Shown: in pieces, positions 46,183 through 55,215 of the stretch | Layout: every line of letters begins with the position of its first letter | How positions within the stretch are numbered: the stretch's first letter is position 1 | The notes under the pieces: generated by a model | The model's input: only the letters and a program-made list of their open reading frames with translations | The model's database searches: none | Told to the model about the DNA's origin: nothing | Sequence record: PZ445511.1 | Origin: a phage | Length of the DNA stretch: 64,000 nucleotides | Strand: one strand, 5' to 3' | Translations under genes and position numbers: made by a program

Positions 46183-46476
46183 ATGAAACGTTATCTTTCT
46201 GTCGTGTTCCAAACTGGTGGTCAACGCTACACTTATGAATTTCCTGAGTCCTGGAAAATTAAAGAAGGTGATCAAGTTGTTGTATTAACACCTCGTGAAG
46301 GCTTCAAAGTAGTAACGGTTAAACAAGTATTTCCAAAAGATCACGAACCATCTAAGTCTATTCAGTACAAGATGATTCACGGTCTGGTACGAAAAGTACC
46401 TAGAACAGAAGTCGAAGTAGATAAAACTGGGGGAGTTAAGTATCAATATACATCCTACTTAGACGAGATGATGTAA
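46183..46476 (+). CDS. Hypothetical protein
   Basis: 97-aa ORF with gagggaaa RBS. Confidence 0.55.
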   Translation: MKRYLSVVFQTGGQRYTYEFPESWKIKEGDQVVVLTPREGFKVVTVKQVFPKDHEPSKSIQYKMIHGLVRKVPRTEVEVDKTGGVKYQYTSYLDEMM

Positions 46477-46676
46477 TGAGAATTACTTTCACAGAAAAGA
46501 TTATGTGTAATGGTGTTATGATCATTACAGCGTGGGACGGTAAATTGTGGTGTAACGTATCTGGTCTAAAGCCAGAAGATCAAACACCTGAAAACATCCG
46601 CAAAGTAAAGCGAAAAATGGCGGAACGTGCCCAACTTCCAGGTGCTCCAAGAAATGGAGGCTATTTTTCAACCTAA
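46476..46676 (+). CDS. Hypothetical protein
   Basis: 66-aa ORF, ATGA-coupled. Confidence 0.45.
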   Translation: MRITFTEKIMCNGVMIITAWDGKLWCNVSGLKPEDQTPENIRKVKRKMAERAQLPGAPRNGGYFST

Positions 46677-46677
46677 T

Positions 46678-46753
46678 GCTCCGATAGTTCAACAGGTTAG
46701 AACAGGCGACCGATAATCGTCAAATCTTGGTTCGATCCCAAGTCGGAGTACCA
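46678..46753 (+). tRNA. tRNA-Ile (anticodon GAT)
   Basis: Acceptor gctccga/tcggagt, D-arm gttc...gaac, anticodon stem ggcga/tcgtc loop ccgataa (C33), T-arm cttggTTCGATCccaag, CCA. Confidence 0.65.
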
Positions 46754-46759
46754 AATTAT

Positions 46760-46835
46760 AGTTAGTTGGCAGAACGGTTATGCACCTCCTTCATACGGAG
46801 CGACTACAGTGGTTCAACTCCACTACTAACTACCA
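46760..46835 (+). tRNA. tRNA with CAT anticodon (Met or Ile2)
   Basis: Acceptor agttagt/actaact, anticodon loop ttcatac, T-arm agtggTTCAACTccact, CCA. Confidence 0.6.
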
Positions 46836-47018
46836 AAGATAAGATCAGGCCTTTGTGCCAGATCTCTGTGTTTATTAAACTGAATGGGACTATCAATCCA
46901 CAAGCCGGACTACGAGCGATTATCGGGTATTCACTTAATAAACAGCCTGCCTCCCAGTTTTTATCTTGCTTCTGGGTTAACAAAAAGCTGAGCCAAATTC
47001 TAACATCAGGGAGATCTA

Positions 47019-47387
47019 ATGAAAGCATATCAAAGTCTTAAGTCTGGCGTAATTAACATTGTTCATAACAATCAGATCATTCAACTATATTCTAAAGATG
47101 GTAAACTTAAACAGAAAGTTCTAGTCGAAGATCTAGAAGGTATCACACCTCACTTTGACCCTGAGGCCTTTCGCATTGTAGATGTGGAAGTGGTTCCTCA
47201 AGTCGAGGGTGGTCAGCACCTAAATGTCAATGTGTTAAGCCGTGATCAGCTTTTGGATGCACAGAAACATCCTGAAAAATATCCTCAGTTGACCATCCGT
47301 GTCTCTGGCTATGCTGTTCGATTTAACGCATTGACGCGTGAACAACAGAACGACGTTATTAGTCGTACATTTACTCAGGCGATATAA
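47019..47387 (+). CDS. grcA: Autonomous glycyl-radical cofactor (GrcA/YfiD-like)
   Basis: 122 aa; C-terminus [12 protein letters not shown]...[28 protein letters not shown] closely resembles the glycyl-radical domain (RVSGY). Confidence 0.75.
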   Translation: MKAYQSLKSGVINIVHNNQIIQLYSKDGKLKQKVLVEDLEGITPHFDPEAFRIVDVEVVPQVEGGQHLNVNVLSRDQLLDAQKHPEKYPQLTIRVSGYAVRFNALTREQQNDVISRTFTQAI

Positions 47388-47468
47388 TGGGGTTTGGATA
47401 CGATTTCTCCCAGCTACGCAAGGTAGTCGAGCAAACTCCATTTATCTCCCAAGTTTTAGGAGAAATGT

Positions 47469-47768
47469 GTGGATCGAGCATTAAGACGCCATCACCGGCA
47501 ACGTGTGAAAAACAATCGCAAAAAGTATTGGACAGTCTTCCCACATGAAGAAAGTCCTAAGCGGTTAGGCATTATCACTACCACTCCTTGCATCTGTTCT
47601 TGTTGGATGTGTGGGAATCCTCGCAAATACTATAAGAATAGTAAAGCAGGTATGAAAATCTCGGAGATTAAAAAGATGGGTGCAATGATTATGGGCATCA
47701 CCTTTACAGGCGGTATCTCTGATGAATTCGACGGTTTTGTAACTCAGGATATTGTCGAAATTATCTAA
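47469..47768 (+). CDS. Hypothetical Cys-rich basic protein
   Basis: 99 aa (GTG start after aggag); CICSCWMCGNP cluster. Confidence 0.45.
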   Translation: MDRALRRHHRQRVKNNRKKYWTVFPHEESPKRLGIITTTPCICSCWMCGNPRKYYKNSKAGMKISEIKKMGAMIMGITFTGGISDEFDGFVTQDIVEII

Positions 47769-47778
47769 TTAATAATAA

Positions 47779-47815
47779 ACCCCAGCTATTGAATAGGTAG
47801 TCTGGGGTTTTCTTG
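47779..47815 (+). terminator. Rho-independent terminator
   Basis: accccag...ctggggt hairpin followed by TTTCTTGT. Confidence 0.6.
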
Positions 47816-47832
47816 TATGTAGGATTTTCGAA

Positions 47833-48018
47833 ATGAAAATTTTTAAAGTGAACTATAGCGGCCTGTGGTTAGGTGGTAAAGCTATTGTCGTTGCAGAAAC
47901 TGCAGAAGAAGCAATCGAACTGGCTAGAAACCATAGAAGTTCTATAGAATTCGAGGATGTGACAGTAGAAGAACTCCCGAGCAGTGGGGTAGTATACAAC
48001 GACAACGGAGATTACTGA
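47833..48018 (+). CDS. Hypothetical protein
   Basis: 61-aa ORF. Confidence 0.45.
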   Translation: MKIFKVNYSGLWLGGKAIVVAETAEEAIELARNHRSSIEFEDVTVEELPSSGVVYNDNGDY

Positions 48019-48076
48019 TGTTATATTTTGAAGTTCGCCCACATTAAGTTAATTTAAAAGACTTAATGGAGGTAAT

Positions 48077-48472
48077 ATGAGCCGTACATATCGTAAACAA
48101 TCTGGTGATCGTCACTGGCGTGATGCACATCGTTCTACTTATAATTTTCATAGCACTAATATCCGTATTCCGTATATCTACACGGATAGGGATGGTAAGC
48201 AGTGGAAGTATTATCAAGTTCGATCCAATGAAGCATGGGCTAAAACTTGGGATGAAATTGAGAAGGAGATTCAGGAAAATATCATCCGTAACGAGAAGAA
48301 AGATGGGCACTGGTGGGATTCTGTTAGTAGGAATGTTAAGTGGCATTCTAACAAAATGGTTCGTCATGGAAACCGTCGTGAACTTCACCGTGTGATGAAA
48401 GATCCAGAAAATTACGACTATAATCGTGATCATGACCTGCGTAAGCGTGGGTTATGGTGGGTTTACGACTAA
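48077..48472 (+). CDS. Hypothetical Trp/Arg-rich protein
   Basis: 131-aa ORF with ggaggtaat RBS. Confidence 0.55.
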   Translation: MSRTYRKQSGDRHWRDAHRSTYNFHSTNIRIPYIYTDRDGKQWKYYQVRSNEAWAKTWDEIEKEIQENIIRNEKKDGHWWDSVSRNVKWHSNKMVRHGNRRELHRVMKDPENYDYNRDHDLRKRGLWWVYD

Positions 48473-48489
48473 TTTCATAAATAATTCAT

Positions 48490-48518
48490 TTGCTAAAACC
48501 CTCTCCTTTTGATATAAT
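48490..48518 (+). promoter_or_regulatory. Sigma70 promoter
   Basis: ttgcta-17bp-tataat. Confidence 0.55.
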
Positions 48519-48548
48519 ATTTATATAAATTGATGAGAGGGCTTTGAA

Positions 48549-48821
48549 ATGAAAGAAGCAGAAATTAATGAAATGGCTAGAATATTCATCGTTTCCTATA
48601 TGCAAGGCAGTTGCAATAGTTTATTCGAGTCTGCTATAGTATTTCAGGAAATGTTAGCCGAGAAAGGCGTACATATGGAAGATACTGAAATTGAAGATCT
48701 TCTAATGGAAACTTGTAGTAGTGCTGAAGTCTTCCAGTGTGGTAACTGTAATTGGTGGTGTCCAGAGCATGATCGTTCTGAAGAAGGTTCCTACTGTTCC
48801 GATTGTGAAGGAGAAGAATAA
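48549..48821 (+). CDS. Hypothetical Cys-rich acidic protein
   Basis: 90 aa; CGNCNWWCPEH and CSDC motifs. Confidence 0.55.
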   Translation: MKEAEINEMARIFIVSYMQGSCNSLFESAIVFQEMLAEKGVHMEDTEIEDLLMETCSSAEVFQCGNCNWWCPEHDRSEEGSYCSDCEGEE

Positions 48822-49120
48822 TGAATAAGTTTATTATTGCTCTAGTAATTTCAGCAGTTAGTTTCGGTTCTCTGGCATCTACCAAAGTTTCTATGAAAAA
48901 TGGTAATGTTAAAGTTCAGCAGAATGGCATTACCACCGAATATGGTAAAGTACGTGATGTAAAAGAACGTAATGGCAAAGTAGAAATATATACTAATAAA
49001 AACTTCTCTACTCCGGCTGTTACTGTTAGTAAACGTGGTGAAATCACTACTCAACGTACTAATAGTTCTGATTCTTTTACTTGCCGTTATGACTGCGGCT
49101 TTGAAGGTGAAGATGAGTAA
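48821..49120 (+). CDS. Hypothetical secreted protein
   Basis: 99 aa with N-terminal signal peptide MNKFIIALVISAVSFGSLA. Confidence 0.5.
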   Translation: MNKFIIALVISAVSFGSLASTKVSMKNGNVKVQQNGITTEYGKVRDVKERNGKVEIYTNKNFSTPAVTVSKRGEITTQRTNSSDSFTCRYDCGFEGEDE

Positions 49121-49532
49121 TTTAGACCCTAGAATTAAACATGCAGTTGAAGAAATCCAAGATCAAATCGATGAGGATTTCACTGTTTGGTCAAGATTTG
49201 GTAATGGTGAAGGTTGTCAGCTTTATAACATGAAAATGGGTATCTCGATTGAACTTAGTATCAATCCCGAGGGTAACGTAGAAGCCCAACCCATGTTCAG
49301 TGTTCCAGGCTTCTCTGGATTTGTTATGGGCATGAAACTATGTCTACCAAATAAACATCTTTACCGTGTTATCTGTCAGCTAGAAACAATTAAACATTTC
49401 TTGCCAGAAGATAACATTAATGACTACTATCATGAAGTTGTAGCAGCTTACATGATGAAAGAACGCAAACGTCGGAGAGCAGAACGTGAAAGAGCTAAAT
49501 CTCAACAGTCTAGTACAGATTCCAGCAACTGA
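49113..49532 (+). CDS. Hypothetical protein
   Basis: 139 aa from ATG overlapping upstream stop. Confidence 0.45.
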   Translation: MSNLDPRIKHAVEEIQDQIDEDFTVWSRFGNGEGCQLYNMKMGISIELSINPEGNVEAQPMFSVPGFSGFVMGMKLCLPNKHLYRVICQLETIKHFLPEDNINDYYHEVVAAYMMKERKRRRAERERAKSQQSSTDSSN

Positions 49533-49782
49533 TGCTGTACTAGACTTCCCCAAGCAGGAACATATTAAGTTCTGGACTAACTATGCAGAACAGTACGAAG
49601 AAACTTCTAGTGCAATAACATTCGCGGATAAACGAATAGCTGAGTATACAGATCCTAGAGTTAAAAATGGTATGATTACCTTACCACTTTGGGATGTAAT
49701 GGAAAAGTTTGGTAAAGATTTGTGCCCAGGTTGTATACCATTGTTTGTTACTATTCTAATTGACGAAAAGGATCTTAAATGA
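49486..49782 (+). CDS. Hypothetical protein
   Basis: 98-aa ORF, GTG start, overlaps upstream gene; start uncertain. Confidence 0.35.
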   Translation: MKELNLNSLVQIPATDAVLDFPKQEHIKFWTNYAEQYEETSSAITFADKRIAEYTDPRVKNGMITLPLWDVMEKFGKDLCPGCIPLFVTILIDEKDLK

Positions 49783-50063
49783 TTATCTCTCCATTTGCTT
49801 TGTGGTTTGTTATTGGTGCAGTTGTCGCGATTTACAGTCTGATTGATGATCTGTATATCTCTAAAAATAAAGATGTTATTCTTTATGTTATAAACAAATA
49901 TCGTCCGCCAGAATTAACAGAATTTGACGATGAAAAGATGTTCAAATTCATTATGTCAGGTATGCTTATTATGGACACCTTGTTCGGGCCAGTAGCTACT
50001 TATTTCTTCTTACGTAAAACTCGTAAGATGAAAAAGTTCCGTGCTGAAATGCAGAGCAAGTAA
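49779..50063 (+). CDS. Hypothetical membrane protein
   Basis: 94 aa with two hydrophobic segments. Confidence 0.5.
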   Translation: MIISPFALWFVIGAVVAIYSLIDDLYISKNKDVILYVINKYRPPELTEFDDEKMFKFIMSGMLIMDTLFGPVATYFFLRKTRKMKKFRAEMQSK

Positions 50064-50179
50064 AGAACTCGCGTAGGACCGAGTTGCGTCACCTGCAACT
50101 GTTACGGATAAGGGAGTCGTGCCCCTTAGTGCGGTAAGTGGTGAGTTGGTCGCTGACCTCAACTTTAACTGGAGATATC

Positions 50180-50527
50180 ATGAGCTTTATTTTATTCATT
50201 GTAGCAGCATGGTTTATTATTGGTTTAGGCTATGCTATTGCAGTTATTCGTCATCTGGATGAATATTCTGCTGAATGGTTTATTAAGTACCTACGTTTAG
50301 ACGATCAAGAACACGAGTTCGACAGTGCTGAGGAAAGACAGGCTGTCCAGTCAATGACTCCCAAAGAATGCTTGCTTTACATGCGTGTAATTGGTTTCTT
50401 TGGACTGTTGGTAGCGGGGCCGTTAGGTCTTACTATTGCTCCCTACAAAGAAGTTGTTGACGACATTAAACTATGGAGAACCGCTGGATCGCTACGTCGT
50501 GCTAGAGAATTAAGTAAACAAGAGTGA
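50180..50527 (+). CDS. Hypothetical membrane protein
   Basis: Start moved to ATG after ggagat RBS; two TM helices. Confidence 0.5.
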   Translation: MSFILFIVAAWFIIGLGYAIAVIRHLDEYSAEWFIKYLRLDDQEHEFDSAEERQAVQSMTPKECLLYMRVIGFFGLLVAGPLGLTIAPYKEVVDDIKLWRTAGSLRRARELSKQE

Positions 50528-50561
50528 TGATAATCACCTCCTAGCAAGAATAATAATGACA

Positions 50562-50597
50562 AAGCCCAGCCTGCAATTTTGCGACTGGGCTATTTTT
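50562..50597 (+). terminator. Rho-independent terminator
   Basis: gcccag...ctgggc hairpin followed by TATTTTT. Confidence 0.6.
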
Positions 50598-50612
50598 GTA
50601 ATAAAATTTCAG

Positions 50613-50641
50613 TTGCTCAGATGCCACAAGTATTGTATAAT
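50613..50641 (+). promoter_or_regulatory. Sigma70 promoter
   Basis: ttgctc-17bp-tataat. Confidence 0.55.
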
Positions 50642-50672
50642 ATGTTTATAGATTGAGGCAAAAGGATAATTT

Positions 50673-51371
50673 ATGAGAATCATTTCAAAGTTCAATGATG
50701 TATACGATTTGCAGAATAGTTTATTTGATCCAGATCGTGTCTGGGAGCGTAAAACTGAAGAGCTGCTAGTAAAAGTAACTGACGATGTAGAAAAGAATAT
50801 CGTTCATAATCGTCAGGTGTTTCGTGAGGGTTCCTTATCCTTCCGTGGTGACTTCGAATACTCAGTAAATCCACTGTTTATTGCAGGTGAAGTTTACTGG
50901 TTACATGAACTGTCCTGCTGGCATCCAGCATTCAGTTTCAAAACGTTCAACATCGATGCTGTGTTCGATAAAATGGAAGAAATGGGATTACATGCCCGTT
51001 CTTACTTACTAGATAAGAATCGTGGTGATGTTCGTGAAACCATGCGAGATATGTTGGTTGAAGCAAAACCTAAAGCAGAACGTATCTTATCTGAACTGCG
51101 CGTACCAATTGCATATGTGAAAGGTATTAAGAAGAACGATAACGATGATGTTCGTAACTTCGTAATTCAGACAAACATTCGTTTCCATCAGTCAGGTATT
51201 CCGTGGCAGGAAATTGAAAGTAACTTATACCGTTTACACCAAGTTCTCGAACAGTATATTTTCGGTGTACTAGGAACTGGTGAGCCTGATATGATTACCG
51301 TATCAGATAAAGACAGGTTAGCAGCACATGGATTTGATACAAAAACTTCTTTCAGGAATATGGCAAGGTAA
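50673..51371 (+). CDS. Hypothetical protein
   Basis: 232-aa ORF with aaaagga RBS. Confidence 0.6.
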   Translation: MRIISKFNDVYDLQNSLFDPDRVWERKTEELLVKVTDDVEKNIVHNRQVFREGSLSFRGDFEYSVNPLFIAGEVYWLHELSCWHPAFSFKTFNIDAVFDKMEEMGLHARSYLLDKNRGDVRETMRDMLVEAKPKAERILSELRVPIAYVKGIKKNDNDDVRNFVIQTNIRFHQSGIPWQEIESNLYRLHQVLEQYIFGVLGTGEPDMITVSDKDRLAAHGFDTKTSFRNMAR

Positions 51372-51777
51372 GTGGTATATCCTGGGAGCTGGTCTTGCGA
51401 TAGGTATCGGATTCGGTGCTTATCACTTAGTAAATAAGGTTGAAACTCTAGCTGGGGATCTTGCAGTTGCGGCTAAAAAGATCTCCACTCTAGAGACTTC
51501 CCTTAATAAGGTGAAAACTGAAAGTGAACTTCGGGAGACTCGAATGAACCAGTATTTCACAATGAATAATATTTCGCAAGCAGATCTAGACAAAAAGATT
51601 AAGCAGTTAGATAAAGCTCTTAATCGTCAAGATGTTATCGCTGCAAAGCCTGGATTGGTAACATTAATTGCTAAAAAGCAGAATAAAGAGTTCGAGGAAA
51701 GATTAGCGTGTTTAACTGGAAACTTGGAGTACTGCTCGCAGCCGCAATCACAATCACAGGCTGTGCAGAAGAAATAA
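51328..51777 (+). CDS. Putative i-spanin-like type II membrane protein
   Basis: 149 aa; N-terminal TM helix then coiled-coil periplasmic region; next gene starts inside its 3' end. Confidence 0.4.
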   Translation: MDLIQKLLSGIWQGKWYILGAGLAIGIGFGAYHLVNKVETLAGDLAVAAKKISTLETSLNKVKTESELRETRMNQYFTMNNISQADLDKKIKQLDKALNRQDVIAAKPGLVTLIAKKQNKEFEERLACLTGNLEYCSQPQSQSQAVQKK

Positions 51778-52061
51778 AACCAGAGCCATCCCATGAGTTA
51801 AAGCAAGCTCATATCGATTGGCCTAAAGGACTTCAGCCTTGTAGTTTTGATTTCAAATTCGAAAAGAAATTAGCTACAAATGGTGAAGATGGCGTAGTAG
51901 TTGTTGTACCTTACAAAGATTGGAATGCAAAAGCAAAATGCGAGGAAGCAGTTTACTCTTACATTTCACGACTGACCGGTATGGTTTGCTTCTATCGTCA
52001 GGATTTACAAGAAAAACGTTGCTTAGTTTATTATCCACCCATTACAAATAGGAAAGATTAA
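51708..52061 (+). CDS. Putative outer-membrane lipoprotein (o-spanin-like)
   Basis: GTG start after gagga; lipoprotein signal with lipobox ITGC; embedded in another frame in upstream gene. Confidence 0.4.
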   Translation: MFNWKLGVLLAAAITITGCAEEIKPEPSHELKQAHIDWPKGLQPCSFDFKFEKKLATNGEDGVVVVVPYKDWNAKAKCEEAVYSYISRLTGMVCFYRQDLQEKRCLVYYPPITNRKD

Positions 52062-52813
52062 TGTCAGTATTAGTCGGTTTACATGGTGAGGCTGGTGCGG
52101 GAAAAGATACTGTTGCAAAATTAATGATTGACTGGTGTAATGACACGTTCCCAACGTGTTTATCCCGTCGTTATAGTTTTGCTAAACCCGTTTACGAACT
52201 TGCATCCGTAATCCTCGGGGTAACTCCAGAGTTTCTGGGAGAGCGCAGGGGAAAAGAGATTGACCAATGGTTTACGATCACACAATCTCAATTGGAGCGA
52301 GCTAGAGACGTATGGTTTAAGTATGGTATCGATAAGTTTGAGGACTTCTCGTACGTTTGGCCGATTTTTGAAGGAAAATACCTTGATCCTCAGCAGTTAA
52401 TTGGGCAAGCTGATGATGCGCTGTATAGCGTGTTTATCTCCCCAAGAAAAATGCTACAGCTTGTAGGTACTGAGTTAGGAAGGCAGCTGGTGCATGAACG
52501 CATTTGGCTCATAATTCTGGAGCAATCCATCGATAAAGACGACCCAGACGTCGCAATCGTTACCGATGTGCGTTTCCCCAATGAGGGAGAGCTAATCATG
52601 GAAACCAATACTCTAGATATGGATTCCATGCTTATTAAGGTTGAATCTGGTATTACTAATAAGTATCGCATCGAGACAGATCATCCGTCTGAAAGCGGTA
52701 TTCCTGAAAAATACATTTCTCATAAATTTGAGAATACCTTCAACGGACTTGATGCACTTCGTACCGATGTGTACCACTTCTGTGACTTAGAGCTAGAACC
52801 ACTAGTTGGATAA
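52061..52813 (+). CDS. Deoxynucleoside monophosphate kinase
   Basis: 250 aa; P-loop GEAGAGKDT and DVRFPNE block similar to phage dNMP kinases. Confidence 0.6.
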   Translation: MSVLVGLHGEAGAGKDTVAKLMIDWCNDTFPTCLSRRYSFAKPVYELASVILGVTPEFLGERRGKEIDQWFTITQSQLERARDVWFKYGIDKFEDFSYVWPIFEGKYLDPQQLIGQADDALYSVFISPRKMLQLVGTELGRQLVHERIWLIILEQSIDKDDPDVAIVTDVRFPNEGELIMETNTLDMDSMLIKVESGITNKYRIETDHPSESGIPEKYISHKFENTFNGLDALRTDVYHFCDLELEPLVG

Positions 52814-52825
52814 TTAAGGATCACT

Positions 52826-53425
52826 ATGACTAATAAGAAAGAAGAAAAGACTAACTTGTTTCACACTGTTCGCCAATCTAACGAATATACCTTTTTCTTT
52901 GATGAAGAATTAGGCTCACCGGATGAGTATCGTGACCTATCCATGATACTTATGCAGGCTGGTGAAGAAGATGAAATTAATCTGATGATTAATGGGCCTG
53001 GTGGTTACGTTGATACTGCTGCACAACTATCTAACCTAATCGCTAACTGTCGTGGAACGGTTATTGGACACCTGCTCGGTCCTAGTGCTTCTGCTTACTG
53101 TACAATCTTCCTGTCTTGCCACGGTTGGGTTGTACATCCACATGCTACGCTTATGGGACATACGTTCTCTGGCGGATTCTGCGAGAAAGGTCAAGAAATC
53201 AAGAAAGCCTATGAATCCTACAACCAGTTTGTAGAAGATATGATGCTAGATATTTACTTTCCGTTCTTCTCTGTCGACGAAATCGAGGATATGGTAAAAG
53301 AGAATAAGAATATCTATCTCAACAGCAAAGAAATCAATAAGCGTATTGAAATTTTGGCGAATTATCGTAAAGAGCAGTGTAGTAAAGCTCAAGCCCCGCA
53401 TCCAGAAGAACATGGAGAAGTGTAA
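52826..53425 (+). CDS. ClpP-like serine protease
   Basis: 199 aa; INGPGGYV motif resembling ClpP INSPGG. Confidence 0.5.
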   Translation: MTNKKEEKTNLFHTVRQSNEYTFFFDEELGSPDEYRDLSMILMQAGEEDEINLMINGPGGYVDTAAQLSNLIANCRGTVIGHLLGPSASAYCTIFLSCHGWVVHPHATLMGHTFSGGFCEKGQEIKKAYESYNQFVEDMMLDIYFPFFSVDEIEDMVKENKNIYLNSKEINKRIEILANYRKEQCSKAQAPHPEEHGEV

Positions 53426-53434
53426 GTAGTTTTA

Positions 53435-53468
53435 AGCCAGAGTTTAACGACTCTGGCTTTTCTTTTGC
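53435..53468 (+). terminator. Rho-independent terminator
   Basis: agccagag...ctctggct hairpin followed by TTTCTTTT. Confidence 0.6.
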
Positions 53469-53528
53469 CTAAAATTCTTCTTGACAACGACAAAAAATTG
53501 TGCTCCAGAAGTGATCTTAAAAAACACA

Positions 53529-53557
53529 TTGTAATTTTACTCTAGAATTAGTATAAT
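53529..53557 (+). promoter_or_regulatory. Putative sigma70 promoter for lysis genes
   Basis: ttgtaa-17bp-tataat; a ttgaca without matching -10 lies 40 nt upstream. Confidence 0.4.
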
Positions 53558-53581
53558 GGTAGTGGTTAGAGGAGGTTACAA

Positions 53582-54238
53582 GTGGAAAAGTTTATACAAC
53601 TATTAACGATACTGCTACAAGAAGCGAAAGATCCAGCTTCGCTACTAAAACGTCTGCTAACTATCTTAGTTGCTGTCATTATTTTCTTGTTTATAAGTAA
53701 CACTAGCGAGGTGATGTCATTTTTAAAGACTTTCTCCACGTCTTCGGTTTTACAGGATGTTCAAACCCAAAGGATAGATAACTTTCCTAATGTAGCACGA
53801 GAAAAGAGTATGGTTCTTTTCTCCCAGACTGGTGCGGATGCCGTTTTTGTAGTAAAGTATAAACCAGATGCTATAAATGATTATTCAAACATTATTGCAT
53901 GGGAAAGCAATGCGCAATTGGATAGGGCTGACTTGGCCGATAAAGCAGTAAACAAGACGTCTGAACTTTATAGACGTCACCTGGAAGGCTTTAACTATGC
54001 TGCGGATTTAAGTGTAAAAGTAAATAAATATACGGGGTCAAATATACCAGCGTTTAAGAACATTACTTTTAATTACGTCTACACTTGTCCATATTTCAAC
54101 CTAAATAATATCTATGCTGGATACATAGGTATTGCATGGAAGGATAAACCCGTAGATACAGCTGATTCGGAACAATTTAATGAGTACTTAGCAAAGCTCT
54201 GTTCCCCACAACGGAGATCATTAGGTAGATCTATATGA
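53582..54238 (+). CDS. Holin
   Basis: 218 aa; N-terminal TM segment, GTG start with aggagg SD, immediately upstream of and overlapping endolysin gene. Confidence 0.6.
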   Translation: MEKFIQLLTILLQEAKDPASLLKRLLTILVAVIIFLFISNTSEVMSFLKTFSTSSVLQDVQTQRIDNFPNVAREKSMVLFSQTGADAVFVVKYKPDAINDYSNIIAWESNAQLDRADLADKAVNKTSELYRRHLEGFNYAADLSVKVNKYTGSNIPAFKNITFNYVYTCPYFNLNNIYAGYIGIAWKDKPVDTADSEQFNEYLAKLCSPQRRSLGRSI

Positions 54239-54648
54239 GTTTTAAATTTGGTAAAAATAGCGAAAAACAATTAGCAACTGTTAAGCCCGAGCTACAGAAG
54301 GTAGCTCGTAGGGCTTTAGAATTATCTCCATATGATTTCACAATCGTACAGGGTATTCGTACAGTAGCACAAAGTGCCCAAAACATTGCTAATGGTACTT
54401 CATTTTTGAAAGACCCTAGCAAAAGTAAGCATGTAACTGGAGACGCTATCGATTTTGCACCATATATTAATGGTAAGATTGATTGGAAAGATCTGGAAGC
54501 ATTTTGGGCTGTTAAGAAGGCTTTTGAACAAGCTGGTAAGGAACTTGGTGTCAAACTTCGTTTTGGTGCCGACTGGAATAGTTCTGGTGATTATCATGAT
54601 GAGATCGATCGTGGTACTTACGACGGTGGTCACGTAGAATTAGTCTGA
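54235..54648 (+). CDS. Endolysin, zinc-dependent L-alanyl-D-glutamate peptidase (M15-like)
   Basis: 137 aa; H...D...H metal-ligand pattern (SKHVTGDAIDF ... DGGHVE). Confidence 0.75.
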   Translation: MSFKFGKNSEKQLATVKPELQKVARRALELSPYDFTIVQGIRTVAQSAQNIANGTSFLKDPSKSKHVTGDAIDFAPYINGKIDWKDLEAFWAVKKAFEQAGKELGVKLRFGADWNSSGDYHDEIDRGTYDGGHVELV

Positions 54649-54658
54649 TAATAAATCA

Positions 54659-54682
54659 AGGCGGGGTAATTCCCGCCTTTTA
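54659..54682 (+). terminator. Rho-independent terminator after endolysin
   Basis: aggcggg...cccgcct hairpin followed by TTT. Confidence 0.55.
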
Positions 54683-54723
54683 AAGCAAAGGGGGCTTTAA
54701 AAACTTAATGATAGGAGAAAGCC

Positions 54724-55140
54724 ATGTTTGCAGAACTATTCACCATGATATTACTAGGAATATGGAAAATAAGCCTAGTAGTTTTCATCTTAATGATAAT
54801 TCTCACTGTTGTCGCACTAGTTACCCAAAATGATACATTAAAGAAAGTCGTTCATGGGCTAGAGTATATAATTATGGGCACATTCGGCGTTTGCAAATGC
54901 AACTGCCAGAGGAATACGAAATATTGTTGGCTTTGGATGGAGTTAGAGAACTGCATCACAGTAGCCTTGGCTGTCTCATTCGGTATGATTCTTATGGCCC
55001 TTACTCTAGCATTGATACCACTAATGTTAGCTGGGGGAGTCACGGCTTATTTCACCCTTTTCTCCCCTATACTTATGTATTCAATATACCCAATAACTAT
55101 GTACTTAGTTAGGAAGAGATTCCCACATCAAGCACACTAA
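54724..55140 (+). CDS. Hypothetical membrane protein
   Basis: 138 aa with several hydrophobic helices. Confidence 0.5.
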   Translation: MFAELFTMILLGIWKISLVVFILMIILTVVALVTQNDTLKKVVHGLEYIIMGTFGVCKCNCQRNTKYCWLWMELENCITVALAVSFGMILMALTLALIPLMLAGGVTAYFTLFSPILMYSIYPITMYLVRKRFPHQAH

Positions 55141-55153
55141 TATAAAAAAGTAG

Positions 55154-55182
55154 TTGACTTTCCGCTGAAATTTTTATATAAT
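55154..55182 (+). promoter_or_regulatory. Sigma70 promoter
   Basis: ttgact-17bp-tataat. Confidence 0.55.
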
Positions 55183-55215
55183 ATTTGTATAAATTGAATC
55201 AGAGGAGTTTCACAA

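Noticed and set aside
46886-46905. Possible FNR/CRP-like site (tgaat-N6-atcaa) upstream of grcA
   Set aside because: Half-sites are imperfect and the spacer is 6 rather than the FNR spacing of 4; cannot be supported without a matrix search.
46766-47041. 91-aa ORF starting inside a tRNA gene
   Set aside because: Begins within tRNA(CAT) 46760-46835 and ends in the grcA RBS region; no SD; likely a chance open frame.
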